Assembly (NCBI GenBank): GCA_964247055.1
Contig: OZ176058.1
Coordinates: 2,604,001 to 2,668,000, forward strand
Direction of reading: 5' to 3'
From: Paragordius varius
Lineage: Eukaryota > Animalia > Nematomorpha
Length of the DNA: 64,000 nt
How positions within the stretch are numbered: the stretch's first letter is position 1; every line of letters begins with the position of its first letter. Shown here one piece after another: positions 52,401-58,384 of this stretch. A program made the translations under genes and the position numbers. The notes under the pieces are model-generated. The model was not told where the DNA came from and searched no databases. It worked only from the letters and a program-made list of their open reading frames with translations.

Positions 52401-55213
52401 ATTAATATCAAGTATTTTTAAATGATTTTTTTTATATTTCGGTTCATTAATGTTATATTAATTCAAACTTTTGCTATAGTTACAATTTATTCCATATTAA
52501 TATTTAATTTTAAACAGGCTTAAGGTATTCAACGATCGAAGGACCGAAGTTGGGTTGTATCCAATTATTAAAATAAAAAAAATAATCCAAATAAAAAAGG
52601 CTAAAAAATGAGCGATTGTAAAAGCTGTGTTAAAAAGCTTTTTGAAATACACCTAATTGCCATCTATTTTAGAAAATCAAAATTACAAAAGCAATCATAT
52701 TCTTAACGTGTTTTAAAAAGCTAAATAATCAATATTGCGAAATAAAGTTAACTATTATTTACCGTATCAAAATTGGATATGAATCAAAAATTAAATAAAT
52801 AAACAAATATGGATGATTAAGTATAAAGTACCAAAAAATGATAAAGTAAAGTAGGATATCATGATAAAACTATTAAACAAGGAAACATATAAAAAAAAAT
52901 AAAAATCCTTAAATTTACATATATAAAAAAATTATTAACCAATATATCTTCATCTAAAGGGGGTGTTATCGATTCTCCCTTATCCTTAGGAATACTGTTT
53001 TGACGAGAATTTCCATTAGAATGCACAGTGTTGGAATGATGTGTGTTGATCGATATTTTTTGTAATCTTGGAAAGATAGTTTGATAGGGAATGATATTTT
53101 CTTTATGATGGTCATTGGTCGAGTTTTTGTCGTCTGCCACTGCCGCTTTGTGATTGGCCTGGCCATCCACGTGACCATCGACATGTGATTCATGGGAAGC
53201 AGACGATGATGATGAAGAACATATTATAGCATATAATTGGATACTCACATGCGGACTCTGATTAATGATAATGACTTGCGTGGTGTAAGGCATGCCCACA
53301 GGCCTAAAGAATATTGAAAAGAAATATAATCTCAATTAATAATTATGGGAATTATGATTAATTACCTTTAAAAAGTGAATTAAATCACAATGAATGACAA
53401 TTATTTTAACAAAGTTAAAGCGGAAAAAATGTATTCCTTAAACTCAATTCAGAAACCTCCAATTTAAAAAATCAATGCGGATTTAATCAAAATGTGCATT
53501 CCTCTGAACATAAAGCTGATAAACTTGGCAATTTGAAACAGCCTAACTATTATATAACTTGCATCTTTGATGATTTACAAAAATAATAGACATAAAAGTG
53601 GATAATACAGAAAATATTTTTAAAACTATAATAAATCGATGACAGTTTCATTCATAAACACTATTATTGGATTAAAAAAATGGCTATATAAAAAAAGTGA
53701 CAATTCTAAAAAAATTTAGATAATATATCATATCGTTTTATAGTAATGACCTATAACATAACTAGCACAGAACTCGGTAGCCTTTTAAAAGCTGGTTATG
53801 GATTGTAAATAACGATTAAACAAAATGGAAGATGCAGAAAAAAGACATACTTTATATAATACCGAATATAATCCAATTTTTACCATATTTAACCAGTTAC
53901 ATATTATTGGTGTTTCAATTAAACCTTGGAAGAATTTATCTAAAATAATTACCATAGTAGTGTAATACTTATAGCCAAACTAAATATGATGTGGAGTAAA
54001 TTTTATAAAATTTTTAAATTCGTACGCTTAGATGGATAATGAAAAATAAACTATTTTTGAAAAAATATAACGATTGTATCCAAAAACCATTGATAATGAC
54101 ATTTTTAATGATTATAACCCTTTTTCATATCATTGTAATATATTTTTTTTATCTTTTTAAAGTATAATTACGTACAATACTATTCATTTCTTGTTTTTAA
54201 GCCTTACGAAATTTTCGAAATATAATTGATTCATTTATCCGTTTTAATTATATATATAAGCACCGGTCTCCCGTTTCAAATCCATTTTATTTTGAATAGG
54301 GGTTTTTATAAAGAATAGTTTTCCATACTTTTTATAATAATCAACCTTAATTTATTAAGATTATTATTATACATTTATTATATTATATAGAAATTCAAAA
54401 ACTTTTATTCAAGTTATCGCATTTTTTAGAATTTAAAATAATTTAACCAGTAAACTATTTTTCCTTTATAATCAGTTGAACATAAAAACCATTTTGTTAC
54501 TTATAAATGATAAAACACAAAATTTAAATAATCCTTATTTTGGTACGAATTATTTTGGACAAAATTCGCATGACTTTAACAAAGGGTTGAAATATAATTT
54601 TTGTAATGACAAAATATTTTGAAAAAAAGGGAATAAACCTAAAATAAGGTGATATCAAACAAACAATAATTAAATCTTGTGACATGTGTATAGGTAAATA
54701 GGTCACTAATTTTTTAAAAAAAACTGAGAAAAGATAAAATATCCTAAAAAATTATTGCTGGATAAGATTAAACTGATACAAATTCATACCGATCAATTAT
54801 TTCAAGTTGCGGTGGATCAAATCGAATGGGAATGGCATAAGATTGGGAATCAGTGATAGAACTTTGATCCTCTTCAATATATATTTCGCTGTCAAAAACG
54901 AAAAAAATTATCATTATATAGAATATGTAAAATTTAAATATTGTACAAAATATTTTAAAACAATAAAATACAATAATTCGGTGGAAGAATCTTGCACTCC
55001 AGATTCTTCTGCGATAAAGCTTCCATCTTCAAGAACAACGATACCATCCCCATTTTGTATAAATGCTATTTAAGGAGAAATATAAAAATAAAATTTTGGT
55101 TATAACACATATGTACCTTGATCGTCAGATGCTATCGTATGGAATGTCAGAATTATAAAAAATAAACATAACTCACAATATTTAAAATTAAGGTGTAAAA
55201 GTTTTGTGGCCAT
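65..55213 (-). CDS. TMEM131: Transmembrane protein 131 orthologue, 41 coding exons, about 2902 aa (whole gene span; exons listed separately)
   Basis: Manual spliced translation gives one uninterrupted frame (exon lengths sum to 8709, divisible by 3) with all GT-AG introns. Colinear motifs match metazoan TMEM131 as I recall it: signal peptide, PIRFDPP, PVGMP, PNPYR, FHLELP, ILDFGTL, LTNTF, C..CYMG, ELTWPSL, RNNLTV, LKRSF, FSPDF, RPPWE, then a TM helix and a long low-complexity tail. Confidence 0.95.
481..756. mobile_element. MITE family A copy
   Basis: Family definition: TA|CCATTTAC...GTAAATGG|TA ends, inverted subterminal arrays of the 21-mer TTGAACAATTCAAATTCACCC, shared asymmetric core of about 170 bp. 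Confidence 0.85.
1029..1284 (-). CDS. TMEM131: TMEM131 exon 40
   Basis: GSNNTMNIDG...FSPIK; GTATGT donor. Confidence 0.85.
2080..2364 (-). CDS. TMEM131: TMEM131 exon 39
   Basis: EKSSRSATPIWDDV (compare the PPPEWD motif of vertebrate TMEM131 as recalled). Confidence 0.85.
2819..3057 (-). CDS. TMEM131: TMEM131 exon 38
   Basis: SERSLTPTNSDEIG...; phases 2 to 1. Confidence 0.85.
3493..4108 (-). CDS. TMEM131: TMEM131 exon 37
   Basis: Extends ORF 3483-4094; Lys/Asn-rich cytoplasmic tail. Confidence 0.88.
4529..4732 (-). CDS. TMEM131: TMEM131 exon 36
   Basis: KNQEETQIITPP...HRKPRRRIL; open, phases 1 to 1. Confidence 0.85.
5121..5481. mobile_element. MITE family A copy
   Basis: Both ends and core intact, TA flanks. 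Confidence 0.9.
6679..7189 (-). CDS. TMEM131: TMEM131 exon 35 (transmembrane helix)
   Basis: LVSMIILLGLVTIVAYIEG; an in-frame alternative donor at 6642 (+36 nt) is possible. Confidence 0.9.
7766..7898 (-). CDS. TMEM131: TMEM131 exon 34
   Basis: GTLPALMAKQCARRVSRPPWETGLFY; GTAAGT donor. Confidence 0.95.
8481..8591 (-). CDS. TMEM131: TMEM131 exon 33
   Basis: FSPDFAVSRTQVFLFITT. Confidence 0.92.
8962..9147 (-). CDS. TMEM131: TMEM131 exon 32
   Basis: ECTLRGFRVSDC...LKPNQTRRIDV. Confidence 0.92.
9812..10004 (-). CDS. TMEM131: TMEM131 exon 31
   Basis: GLKRSFLIKNKGDLPLRI. Confidence 0.92.
10031..10344. mobile_element. MITE family A copy
   Basis: Ends, 21-mers and core. Confidence 0.85.
10595..11010. 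repeat. Two-copy tandem duplication, unit about 225 bp
   Basis: TATAAATAATAATTATTAACA...CAATTTACCAATAATTTT...TAGAGCTATATATAACTACAT occurs twice. Confidence 0.85.
11127..11467 (-). CDS. TMEM131: TMEM131 exon 30
   Basis: NNLTVLEALEIHGRGGQG...FKHC; GTAAGT donor. Confidence 0.95.
11604..11994. mobile_element. MITE family A copy (decayed)
   Basis: Ends and core recognisable. Confidence 0.75.
12200..12323 (-). CDS. TMEM131: TMEM131 exon 29
   Basis: LAFKLEPYREAKFLIKFNP...ILLFR. Confidence 0.93.
13082..13600 (-). CDS. TMEM131: TMEM131 exon 28 (Ser/Asn-rich insert)
   Basis: Within ORF 13026-13706; acceptor AATAG|AT chosen for phase 1, donor GTTTTT. Confidence 0.8.
14201..14354 (-). CDS. TMEM131: TMEM131 exon 27
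   Basis: IILRNPTYKPILGQIVPL. Confidence 0.92.
14923..15220 (-). CDS. TMEM131: TMEM131 exon 26
   Basis: LNTAFRIDT...ELTWPSLL...LYFPRTQIG. Confidence 0.93.
15821..15938 (-). CDS. TMEM131: TMEM131 exon 25
   Basis: IDMAILQSRYKLWKQLVTQQKHR; GTAAGT donor. Confidence 0.92.
16042..16290. mobile_element. MITE family A copy (decayed)
   Basis: TACCATTT start, core, GGGTGA.TTTGAAT end. Confidence 0.65.
16778..16865 (-). CDS. TMEM131: TMEM131 exon 24
   Basis: IGQIVVDPLKACEIDSSYCYMG. Confidence 0.93.
16912..17262. mobile_element. MITE family A copy inside a (TA)n tract
   Basis: 21-mer array, core, GTAAATGG|TA end. Confidence 0.85.
17543..17824. mobile_element. MITE family A copy
   Basis: Ends and core. 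Confidence 0.85.
18315..18719 (-). CDS. TMEM131: TMEM131 exon 23
   Basis: GKLTRHNVFIDNAYNVTL...KIEPLSRNNF; GTAAGA donor. Confidence 0.92.
18925..19065. mobile_element. Small foldback element family D; second copy at about 1880-1995 in the opposite orientation
   Basis: AAGTAATTAATTATTGCCAA arms; shared core CAGTATTATTGGCTTATAGTTA. Confidence 0.65.
19176..19364. mobile_element. Palindromic MITE family E (CAGTATGCATTTTAATGGTTGCTTATTTCACACTATAG). Other copies at 23711-23922, 35528-35749, 48563-48796
   Basis: Near-fully palindromic 190-240 bp elements, TA|CAGT...ACTG|TA. Confidence 0.88.
19610..20720. repeat. Tandem satellite, about 8 units of about 142 bp
   Basis: Anchor TGTATCAAACTAATGC at about 19622, 19770, 19909, 20054, 20196, 20338, 20480 and 20613. 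Confidence 0.9.
20989..21210 (-). CDS. TMEM131: TMEM131 exon 22
   Basis: ITEERIKLTIHVTTRRGYLIISP...VSYP. Confidence 0.9.
21615..21955. mobile_element. MITE family A copy (decayed)
   Basis: 21-mers and core; ends eroded. Confidence 0.65.
22625..22808 (-). CDS. TMEM131: TMEM131 exon 21
   Basis: QHFFTTSEN...KSIHDK; GTTTTT donor; phase-compatible. Confidence 0.83.
23125..23379. mobile_element. MITE family A copy
   Basis: Ends and core. Confidence 0.85.
23935..24436. mobile_element. Palindromic MITE family B with a nested palindromic family F element (about 24053-24261)
   Basis: TA|CAGTCATGTATCCTTT...AACAAGAGCTCTATGG arms; the inner element has TTCGATTACTACAAGTAATCTTTGTCAAACG arms. Other family F pieces at about 1440-1510 and 2420-2500. 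Confidence 0.85.
24435..24559 (-). CDS. TMEM131: TMEM131 exon 20
   Basis: LSLAPFQVAQFLIEL. Confidence 0.88.
25149..25404. mobile_element. MITE family A copy
   Basis: Ends and core. Confidence 0.8.
25784..26064. mobile_element. MITE family C (CAGTAAAAATTG...TTATACGGACAAAACG TIR; Tc1/mariner-like ends). Other copies at 21245-21490, 44957-45244, 58907-59112; partial at 12570-12660 and 36740-36830
   Basis: TIRs of about 80 bp starting CAGT with TA flanks, seen in multiple dispersed copies. Confidence 0.85.
26430..26667 (-). CDS. TMEM131: TMEM131 exon 19
   Basis: PNPNNLTMRDLLLF...FQGVMK; GTAGGT donor. Confidence 0.88.
26594..27440. repeat. Tandem array of the exon 19 acceptor junction: the true junction plus 5 copies of about 150 bp
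   Basis: GAGTAAATCACGCCCCTGATTAAGTTTAAA.AGTAACAAATCTCGCATAG...GGTCTA repeated. Confidence 0.95.
28165..28533. mobile_element. MITE family A copy, about 20 nt from the exon 18 donor
   Basis: Intact ends, TA flanks. Confidence 0.9.
28557..28887 (-). CDS. TMEM131: TMEM131 exon 18
   Basis: WAIFSLYNHYAKPIEL; CAG acceptor, GTAGGT donor, 331 nt open. Confidence 0.9.
29220..29507. mobile_element. MITE family A copy
   Basis: Intact ends, TA flanks. Confidence 0.92.
31162..31280 (-). CDS. TMEM131: TMEM131 exon 17
   Basis: YKKEANNIQKPAIINLELLLPWLRD...; atypical AAAAG acceptor chosen for phase, 5' boundary uncertain. Confidence 0.72.
32224..32475. mobile_element. MITE family A copy
   Basis: Left end and core; right end eroded. 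Confidence 0.8.
32560..32693 (-). CDS. TMEM131: TMEM131 exon 16
   Basis: LVTYEDPNLLAQ...NLDFL; GTAAGT donor. Confidence 0.85.
32733..33556. mobile_element. Compound MITE family A: expanded 21-mer array (about 15 units) plus two cores in tandem
   Basis: Array at 32740-33080, core 1 to about 33240, second unit about 33290-33556 with its core in the opposite orientation. Confidence 0.85.
34109..34211 (-). CDS. TMEM131: TMEM131 exon 15
   Basis: HLHIVSNVSRFRIPLTVYYG. Confidence 0.92.
34886..35001 (-). CDS. TMEM131: TMEM131 exon 14
   Basis: VSKLPRNSDKITLLVIP...; purine-rich AAAAG acceptor, GTAAGA donor. Confidence 0.82.
35095..35433. mobile_element. MITE family A copy
   Basis: 21-mers and core. 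Confidence 0.75.
36105..36400. mobile_element. MITE family A copy (strongly decayed)
   Basis: TTAACCCTCAAA repeats and core. Confidence 0.55.
36634..36716 (-). CDS. TMEM131: TMEM131 exon 13
   Basis: DAKAKAKLDAK...GFK; weak GTCTGT donor but needed for phase. Confidence 0.8.
36855..37115. mobile_element. MITE family A copy
   Basis: 21-mers, core, AATGG|TA end. Confidence 0.85.
37264..37394 (-). CDS. TMEM131: TMEM131 exon 12
   Basis: ALIYDHNNT...LSLTNTFENAIAIIDIYIEE. Confidence 0.92.
38490..39924. repeat. Long inverted duplication: arms 38490-39256 (interrupted by a MITE at 38669-39036) and 39517-39924, loop about 260 nt
   Basis: About 400 bp of high-identity reverse-complement match read directly (e.g. 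CTGTCAGTATTCCGG / CCGGAATACTGACAG; GCATCTATCTATAAAAATTGTCCAATCCCTA / TAGGGATTGGACAATTTTTATAGATAGATGC). Confidence 0.92.
38669..39036. mobile_element. MITE family A copy nested in the left hairpin arm of the Chapaev3 element
   Basis: Near-consensus, TA flanks; absent from the right arm. Confidence 0.93.
39400..40775 (+). pseudogene. Chapaev3-type transposase pseudogene (stops, frameshifts, at least one intron at 40530-40588)
   Basis: Fragments in order: SSELSNIAR..LSNRQTGIL, WTIFID, YKIILLNKESKYPPI, GLKGGYPTYTCLF, LPLHIKL, EPQIKRLF, FNAF..FLGNF, KLHLVDNHFDKFP*RATDQDGERFHQ, MIGEYYW. These match the recalled Chapaev3 consensus (..LPPLHIKLG..GPQIR..KxHFLHSHLDFFPENLGAVSDEQGERFHQ..MADYCW). Confidence 0.85.
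41225..41800 (-). mobile_element. Possible Ty3/gypsy reverse-transcriptase remnant, split by the MITE at 41326-41663
   Basis: Removing the MITE joins ...NLIMKQLQFKSIHLGHIITANG, resembling the RT C-terminal YLGHII motif; otherwise heavily decayed. Confidence 0.3.
41326..41663. mobile_element. MITE family A copy nested in the Chapaev3 element
   Basis: gaTA|CCATTTAC...GTAAATGG|TAga. Confidence 0.92.
43032..43188 (-). CDS. TMEM131: TMEM131 exon 11
   Basis: MFNGHITI...LCIPYSVHFLRG. Confidence 0.92.
44217..44331 (-). CDS. TMEM131: TMEM131 exon 10
   Basis: NISLNQANEAIQLEYK...VIGTITFL; phases 0 to 1 fit both neighbours. Confidence 0.88.
44827..44945 (-). CDS. TMEM131: TMEM131 exon 9
   Basis: SGLYSPRDILDFGTLSTYDAPKMLEIRVFNNG. 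Confidence 0.95.
45380..47680. repeat. Tandem array of the exon 8 donor junction: the true junction plus about 11 copies of about 200 bp
   Basis: TACCTTG..ACGCTCAATTCAAACG...ATAAGCAAATTTTGACT...GAGCCAAAAAAGGATC repeated. Confidence 0.93.
47584..47971 (-). CDS. TMEM131: TMEM131 exon 8
   Basis: NLSPFQTKPV...ERQTAYLAIK...LLILTFELSVTQ; donor AAG|GTAAAG. Confidence 0.92.
49009..49089 (-). CDS. TMEM131: TMEM131 exon 7
   Basis: ITEMWTSDPDFHLELP...RIW. Confidence 0.93.
49582..49704 (-). CDS. TMEM131: TMEM131 exon 6
   Basis: IPNPYRIRG...FDPIIHMFNPY; GTTTTT donor. Confidence 0.93.
50205..50318 (-). CDS. TMEM131: TMEM131 exon 5
   Basis: IIDPGLNASFLVTFLAPEVGKIQETLILKTS; GTAAGT donor. Confidence 0.93.
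50873..51173. mobile_element. hAT/Charlie-like MITE; related copies at about 4757-5039, 5591-5808 and 31903-32192
   Basis: CAGGGGTATCCAA / TTGGAAACCCGTG termini and GCGGCC/GGCCCG subterminal motifs, typical of Charlie-type hAT elements; 8-bp TSDs not preserved. Confidence 0.7.
51380..51850. mobile_element. Old MITE family A-like copy
   Basis: TATACCATTTG left end and ATATGGTATA right end, decayed subterminal repeats. Confidence 0.5.
52030..52380. repeat. Dispersed repeat family G; inverted copies at about 61950-62280 and 63650-63960, partial at 63230-63530
   Basis: Shared GACGCCATTTTTATTTTACAA, GCACACATGTCA.GTTG and TCCAGAC blocks. Confidence 0.7.
52940..53303 (-). CDS. TMEM131: TMEM131 exon 4
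   Basis: PVGMPYTTQVIIINQS plus His/Ser-rich insert; donor GTTAAT (3' end less certain). Confidence 0.88.
54790..54888 (-). CDS. TMEM131: TMEM131 exon 3
   Basis: PIRFDPPQLEIIDR; CAG acceptor, GTATGA donor. Confidence 0.92.
54972..55065 (-). CDS. TMEM131: TMEM131 exon 2
   Basis: AFIQNGDGIVVLEDGSFIAEE; TAG acceptor, GTATTT donor. Confidence 0.85.
55117..55213 (-). CDS. TMEM131: TMEM131 exon 1 (start codon, signal peptide)
   Basis: MATKLLHLNFKYCELCLFFIILTFHTIASDDQ; donor AAG|GTACAT; followed by a 51-nt intron. Confidence 0.8.
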
Positions 55214-57362
55214 CGAGTTTACCAAACACAGAAAAAATTCAAACGTAGTAAATTGTGTACACACCCAAAAATGTTTTTATGGCAAAAATGATGTTTTCAG
55301 TTCACATATGGTTATTTTAATAAATAAAACTTAAATTAATTATTTAATTTATATAACAACATATAATTATGAAAATGTATGAACATAAAATAAAACATTT
55401 AAAATTTATTATATAATTTAATATATATAAGATAATATTCACAAAATAAAATTGGGCAATTGTTAAGTTAATATAAGGCTCATCTAGAAAAGTGGCACTT
55501 AAATGGTTGTACAATAGTACTATGGTTATGTGGTACCTTAAGCAGAATTTTTTTAATTTTACATCAAAGAAGATTTAAATTTTAAATGTTTTAAAAAAAT
55601 GTATAAATATTGTTATAGTTCTTATCATAATTTATCCACAAAATAACCAGCTCTTCGTAATAAATAAATTATTTTTGAAATATATAACCCATTGATATTA
55701 TTCATATTAAGAGCGTGTTTACCGGTTAAAATATAATCAGATTTTAATATACTTAAAACCGCAGCTATTGGGCTTAATTTAATAGTATGATTTTTAATAA
55801 TCCATAAAATATACCCTAGACTTTTAGATAGTTTTCTACCACAAGCTTAATTTTAAGAAACAAACTCTCATTTCATATTAAAAACTTGTAATTTTCACAT
55901 TTTTTCGACTTCAATAGTCCCGAATTCTGATAGATAAAAGTAAAAGCTGATGTTTAATTAATAAATATCTAAAAGTGCGTAGGTGATTATTTTTTTAAGC
56001 CATCATATTCATTTATATCTCTGTTATATTAGCGTAAAACACTAAATAAAGGTTGGCGGCTAATAAGTTTGAGATGCGGATTTTAAATTTTTAAAAAAAA
56101 ATCTATCATGTGCAAAAAAAAGGAATTTTTTTAAATTTATTCCTTATCCTATAGAGTGTTAAAATCATATGTCCAAATAATAAAAAATTAAATATTTTAA
56201 AAGCAATATACAATCAGGGACTCAATAATTTCAAACCTTATAAAAACAGGGATTATTATATTATCTCTGAGTTCATTTAGTGTTGCAAACGATAACATTT
56301 CATTCTAAATCCAAGCCTTAATCATGTAGTACTAATGTTTTGAAATTATTATTTAAATTTTAAATTATCTTCTGTATCAGATAAAAAAACTAATATTTTT
56401 TACAGTTTTTAAATTGAATCTAATGGGAGAGCACTGAAACACGATTAAAATAAAGAGATAATTATATAATTAATGGTCAAGTAACTTCTGGTAAAATGTG
56501 ATCTGAATCCAAACGCTTGTATAAACCATAAATATTACAATATTTTATTAGCGATTCAAAAAATATAAAAAATGACGACGAAAAGGTTGGGCTACATTTC
56601 TGTAATTATTCATTTTGATTGCTTTAAATCGCCCTATTTTTAAAGAAAGCATTAAATTTGGCCTAATATCATGTTATAAATAAATTTTGCTTTAATACAA
56701 AAATACACCAAAAGAAAAAAATATTCATAAAACAATTCATGGTAAACAATAAAGACCACCGTCTAACTATTAGGTGCTTTGCTATTATTTTGTATGTGCT
56801 TTTAAATTTATAACTATTCTAATCCAAATCAAAGTCATGCAATTGACTTATAGCCTAATTGTTTTGTTACTCTCAAAAAAAAAATAGTGAGATATACAAA
56901 TTTTTATATAAAAATTGGAAATAAACTTTCATAATTTATTTTTATATCGGACAAGATAGGGAGGTATAAAATAGGGAGCAAATGAAGAAACGACCTATAA
57001 TTTATGTAAATAAACAAAATGTTATAATTATTGATAATTGGTTTTATTAATGTTATATAATTTAAAATTGAAGTTAAGTTACAGTAAAACCATTATTAGT
57101 TTGTTGAATTTTCCTATTGTAACTATTTATTTTTTCATCGTGTTGTGATATAAAAAATAAAATAGCGTTAAAAGCCAAAAAAATTTATTTTAATAATAAA
57201 TTATGTATTTTTATCTTTGTTTTTTTGAAAAGAGTGAAAGTAACATGATTTTTATTTTCAATTTGGTGGGACGTGAACAAAGATTGGGAGCCACTGGGTT
57301 AGAGCTTTTGATTTTTGCATTTTTATCTCTTATACACAGTGAACGAAATTGGGGGTGGAATA

Positions 57363-57584
57363 TAGAGTCTGGTATCCTTTATTTTATCATAAATTTATTT
57401 TTTCGTTAGATGGCTATAATATTTGGTAAAAAATGGAAAAAACAAGACTATGGTAATTTTTATACTTTTTGATGAATATGATATTGTAATACCATAGAGC
57501 TCTTGTTTTTTTCATTCTTTACCAAATATTTAAACCCATTTAAAGGAAAAAACAAATTTTGATAAAATAAAGGATACAGGACTG
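57363..57584. mobile_element. Palindromic MITE family B copy
   Basis: GTATCCTTTATTTTATC...GATAAAATAAAAGGATACAGGACTG|TA. Confidence 0.85.
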
Positions 57585-57791
57585 TAAAGTATCTTGATGC
57601 AAATATATATTGATGGACTATATTTACAGCCCTTTTTGTTTTGGGCTTATGATAAAAAATAGATTTGGTTAGAATGGCTCAACATCAAAATATCGACGAA
57701 ACTTGCGCACATACAATAAAGTTTTTTAGCGAAAACTCATCTCCTTACTCCAAAATATAATCAAAATATTCAGAAACAAGTTAGGCGATAT

Positions 57792-57825
<34 letters not shown>

Positions 57826-58384
57826 TAATTATGTAAAAACACCGTACAAATGGCAAGCTATTTATCAAAATGGTTTGTCACATTGTTTTTATAAATCCAA
57901 ATTTATTTTAGAATATCAAGCTCTCACTGCTTTTTGTGTTGATTATAAGGGCTCCGAGTTTTAAAAACTGCACGGATTAATTGATAAAATTTATTAGTTT
58001 TCAACAAAAGAATTTAATAAAATAAAATTTACTATTAATATAGAACCCAATTGTCTTGATTTTAATGATATGGGAACATTATTATTATTCAACGACAATA
58101 ATATTTTGAATATTCATTTTAAATGATACATTATGAGTATCTATTGCCAGTTATAATTTCATTAATTATTGCTAGATAACGAGGAAAAGGTCAATATTAT
58201 TAAGCTATAATTATTTTCTTTTAACTGCTACTATGATAAGGCTCTTTGCTTTTATTTAAAACTACCAATGTTTGTTTACTCATACAGTTACTAAATGTCC
58301 TTTAAACACGTAATGATTATTAATTTGCTTACCTGTTTTAATTATATTTCATGGTTAATAATTTAAATATATTTTAGTTTTATA

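Noticed and set aside
57203-57409. Plus-strand 68-aa ORF
   Set aside because: Overlaps a hAT-like terminus (TTGGGAGCCACTG) and a family B MITE end; no coding signature
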